A program made the translations under genes and the position numbers. Shown here piece after piece: positions 45,729 through 48,093 of a stretch of 48,093 bases of DNA. Source of the DNA: Fidelibacterota bacterium (GTDB taxonomy: Bacteria > Fidelibacterota > Marinisomatia > SCGC-AAA003-L08 > D37C17); NCBI GenBank assembly GCA_002707765.1, contig PANV01000004.1:32868-80960 (forward strand), given 5' to 3'. The first letter of the stretch is position 1; each line of letters begins with the position of its first letter. The notes below the pieces were generated by a model. The model saw only the letters and a list, made by a program, of their open reading frames with translations. It searched no databases and had not been told where the DNA came from.

Positions 45729-46862
45729 TTAATAATTATCCTTATTCATCAAATCACTATATGCTATTATACAGATTTTTTTATCTTCATCATAAAACTT
45801 AGCAACACTAAGAAAAATTCCATTTTTTAAATAAGGAAATGATATTTCGACCTCATAATTATGATCTGGATAAAGTGGTTTAAAAAACTTATATCTATAG
45901 CTCATGAATAATGTCCCATGTCCTGGATTATCAATTCCATGATATTTGGACATAAATGCATTTGCTATGATACCATGTGCAATAGTATCCTTAAATCCTA
46001 GTTTTTTTGCACTTTCTTTATCAAAATGAATAGGATTAAAATCACCACTAATTTTCCCGAAATTTTCAATATCAGTGTGGGATATTTTTAGTTTAATGGA
46101 ATTTTTTTTAATATCTGAGTAGCTTAAAAAAGAGTTAATATGTATTGTAGATAGAGATTCTCTCATAAAAAATCCTTCTCTTGACCACACTTTTTGCACT
46201 GCAAAATTTTGAACTTGGGTAGAAACTCTCATTCTACCAATACCTAAACGTTTAAAATACGATTGTGTAAAACGGATAATATCTCCATATAGCCCAGCAC
46301 CTGAAAAATCTGAGTCTATTCCGTATAAGACTCCTTCTGAAATATTATTTTTCTTGCTAAAAGAGCATGTTGCGAAACCAATATTCAAACCATTTTTTTT
46401 TACAAACCAAGCAATTTGTCCCTCATTTTTTTCACAATAACCAATTACCCACTCAATATATCCTTTAGTTATATCAGATTTATTTAAATATTTATTAGAA
46501 AAATAGTTATTGGTGTAGTTTCTAAATATTTTAGGGATTAATCTCCTAACTTCATTTTTATCAACCTCTGAATTCTCAATAATCTTAAAGGTAACGTCTT
46601 TGTTAATTAATTCTTTTGGTTCATATATTTTTAAATCAGAATAATAATATACTAATGTGTCAGTTTGTAAATATGGCATTCCTAACAAATCTAATTTTTG
46701 AATTTGATTAGATTTGTTAGATGGTATTCTTAAAAAAACAATATCAGCTTCATTGTCAATAATATTTTTTTGTAATAACTTAACATCAATATCTTGAGTT
46801 TGAATTTTAAAAATCTTTTTCTGAAATCTATCAGATTCTAATTTAGAATATTCGAAATTCAT
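45729..46862 (-). CDS. Fusion protein: N-terminal GNAT-like acyltransferase domain plus C-terminal MaoC-like (R-specific hydratase, hotdog fold) domain
   Basis: 377 aa. The GNAT-like motif A region is FTQSYFKRLGIGRMRVSTQVQNFAVQKVWSREGF. The MaoC signature is SGDFNPIHFDKESAKKLGFKDTIAHG. Confidence 0.65.
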   Translation of the reverse strand: MNFEYSKLESDRFQKKIFKIQTQDIDVKLLQKNIIDNEADIVFLRIPSNKSNQIQKLDLLGMPYLQTDTLVYYYSDLKIYEPKELINKDVTFKIIENSEVDKNEVRRLIPKIFRNYTNNYFSNKYLNKSDITKGYIEWVIGYCEKNEGQIAWFVKKNGLNIGFATCSFSKKNNISEGVLYGIDSDFSGAGLYGDIIRFTQSYFKRLGIGRMRVSTQVQNFAVQKVWSREGFFMRESLSTIHINSFLSYSDIKKNSIKLKISHTDIENFGKISGDFNPIHFDKESAKKLGFKDTIAHGIIANAFMSKYHGIDNPGHGTLFMSYRYKFFKPLYPDHNYEVEISFPYLKNGIFLSVAKFYDEDKKICIIAYSDLMNKDNY

Positions 46863-46864
46863 GT

Positions 46865-47587
46865 TTATTTTTTTTTAACTATTATTTTATACATCCATGT
46901 CCATTTTTCTTTTTTTTCTAATTTGTCCAAAATATAACTAACTCTTTGAATAATGAAGCCTAATAATGGAATTATCTGTGTTATTTTAATAATTCCTTTA
47001 TTGTATCCATATATTTTGTAAACAAAAAGCTGACCAAAAGTAACCCAAAAACCGGACAAAGCCTTGATTTCTAAAATTTCAAAACCGACTTTATTAAAAA
47101 GATATCTTAATCCATATTTACTAAATCTATAAAAATCTCTAGGAGCTTCATGTACATGCCATATGAAAGGAACTGTGTAAATTGCCACACCCCCTTTATT
47201 AAGTACTCTATAGCATTCTTTTAAGGCTAATTCAGGTTCTTCGAGATGCTCTAAAACAGCAGTACAAATTGCTGAATCAAAACTATTATCTTTAACAGGT
47301 ATTTCATATGCAGTACCAAATAGATCAATATTAGTTTTATCATGAAATGTTTCAATATGATCTAAGCCTACATGTGAATCAACAATTTTTTTTAACATTT
47401 TTTTATATTGTTTTTCTCCACATCCAATATCAATTAGAGAACCTCTTAGATATTTTTTTGCAGATTCACATAAATACTTATCATGAATATTATATACTAA
47501 CCAATTTTTTTTAAATTGATTCCTAAAAAAATAGGTTAATATTTTCATACAAATAATGAATAATAATATTTTGATGTAAATATTCAT
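46865..47587 (-). CDS. Class I SAM-dependent methyltransferase with an N-terminal hydrophobic segment
   Basis: 240 aa: motif I LIDIGCGEKQY, the post-I acidic residue in VGLD, and FDSAICTAVLEHLEEP, typical of the Methyltransf_11 type. Confidence 0.75.
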   Translation of the reverse strand: MNIYIKILLFIICMKILTYFFRNQFKKNWLVYNIHDKYLCESAKKYLRGSLIDIGCGEKQYKKMLKKIVDSHVGLDHIETFHDKTNIDLFGTAYEIPVKDNSFDSAICTAVLEHLEEPELALKECYRVLNKGGVAIYTVPFIWHVHEAPRDFYRFSKYGLRYLFNKVGFEILEIKALSGFWVTFGQLFVYKIYGYNKGIIKITQIIPLLGFIIQRVSYILDKLEKKEKWTWMYKIIVKKK

Positions 47588-47641
47588 AGCTAATTTTAAT
47601 TACATATGTAATATTTATTTATGTTTTTTTATACATTATGA

Positions 47642-48093
47642 TTATTTCCAAAAATTTAACTTCAACCAATCATCATTATTTTGAAAAATCTCTTTAATAC
47701 TATCATGAACTTCATTTTGAATAGTGCCTATTTTCTTAGATTCTTCATAAATTAAATCAATCATATGGTTTAGATCTCTATATTCTAAAACATTTGTGGC
47801 ACCACCTTGATTTTGAGCAATTGTTTTTCTTCCCATATGTGCTAATTCCCACATAGTTGTTGACCCACCTCTAATATTTGGTTTTACAAAGATAAAACAA
47901 TCATTATAATAATTTTCAACTAATGATTTAAAATTTACATGTGAATTACCTTTTACCCATATAACTCTATTTTCACCAAAATTTTCAATTAATGGAATAA
48001 TTACTTCATCAAATTTAAAATATTCATATCTTTTATTATTAGGTTGCCCAATATAAACATAAATATTCTTACCTAGCTTAGTTGGTTTTAAAT
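47642..48093 (-). CDS. Partial CDS (5' end outside window), GT-B-fold glycosyltransferase C-terminal-domain-like
   Basis: I translated the minus frame by hand from 47855 to 48091 and found no in-frame stop, so the 70-aa track ORF is the tail of a longer protein. ...DCFIFVKPNIRGGSTTMWELAHMGRKTIAQNQGGATNVLEY resembles the GT1/GT4 C-terminal E-x7-E/nucleotide-sugar region (ad.fv.PS..EG.g...lEAma.G.PvIa...gG..e.i). Confidence 0.4.
   Translation of the reverse strand, partial: LKPTKLGKNIYVYIGQPNNKRYEYFKFDEVIIPLIENFGENRVIWVKGNSHVNFKSLVENYYNDCFIFVKPNIRGGSTTMWELAHMGRKTIAQNQGGATNVLEYRDLNHMIDLIYEESKKIGTIQNEVHDSIKEIFQNNDDWLKLNFWK

Noticed and set aside
1-48093. CRISPR arrays, rRNA genes, transposases, integrases, phage genes and recognisable defence systems (restriction-modification, toxin-antitoxin, abortive-infection ATPases or nucleases).
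   Set aside because: Reading the ORF translations and spacers, I found no direct-repeat/spacer arrays, no DDE/serine/tyrosine recombinase motifs, and no nuclease/ATPase pairs outside housekeeping genes (RecG, Xth, RNase HI, ABC proteins).

Overview
The window is a visibly AT-rich, very densely packed stretch of bacterial chromosome. Base composition was not computed. About 40 CDS and one tRNA-Leu(UAG) are supported. I saw no rRNA, CRISPR array, transposase or integrase. Gene content suggests a streamlined diderm bacterium, possibly from the FCB group; the pointers are a gingipain-type C25 peptidase, a DUF2723 giant membrane protein, a long LptD and patatin-Omp85. That taxonomy is inference only.

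Layout:
- 1-5.8 kb: Omp85-like tail, rnhA, then two secreted proteases (S1 and C25) that both end in dockerin-like modules.
- 6-12.5 kb: an overlapping lptD-ptsN-hisS-xth-trmH chain.
- 12.5-23.5 kb: ggt, valS, recG, a DUF2723 protein and a GT2.
- 23.5-27 kb: a CaCA antiporter, tRNA-Leu and patatin-Omp85.
- 27-33.7 kb: grxD, then an Rrf2-sufA-B-C-D-E-T-S operon.
- 33.7-39.6 kb: a long aromatic amino acid hydroxylase, an LpxL-family acyltransferase, cobT-cobS-cobC and a SAF-less NeuB-like synthase.
- 39.7-48.1 kb: tsaC leads into a glycan or envelope-modification cluster. It holds an MsbA-like ABC exporter, an IspD/TarI-type cytidylyltransferase, a GT2, a small protein with a ParB/Srx-like motif, a GT-D-like enzyme, a mini DegT-like protein, a GNAT-MaoC fusion, a methyltransferase and a partial GT-B-like ORF.

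The best candidates for something undescribed are that right-hand cluster and the dockerin-tagged protease pair. The cluster's odd members are the ParB/Srx-like ORF, the GNAT-hotdog fusion, the truncated DegT and a spacer flanked by an inverted repeat. All functional calls rest on motifs read by eye from the translations. No database search was run.
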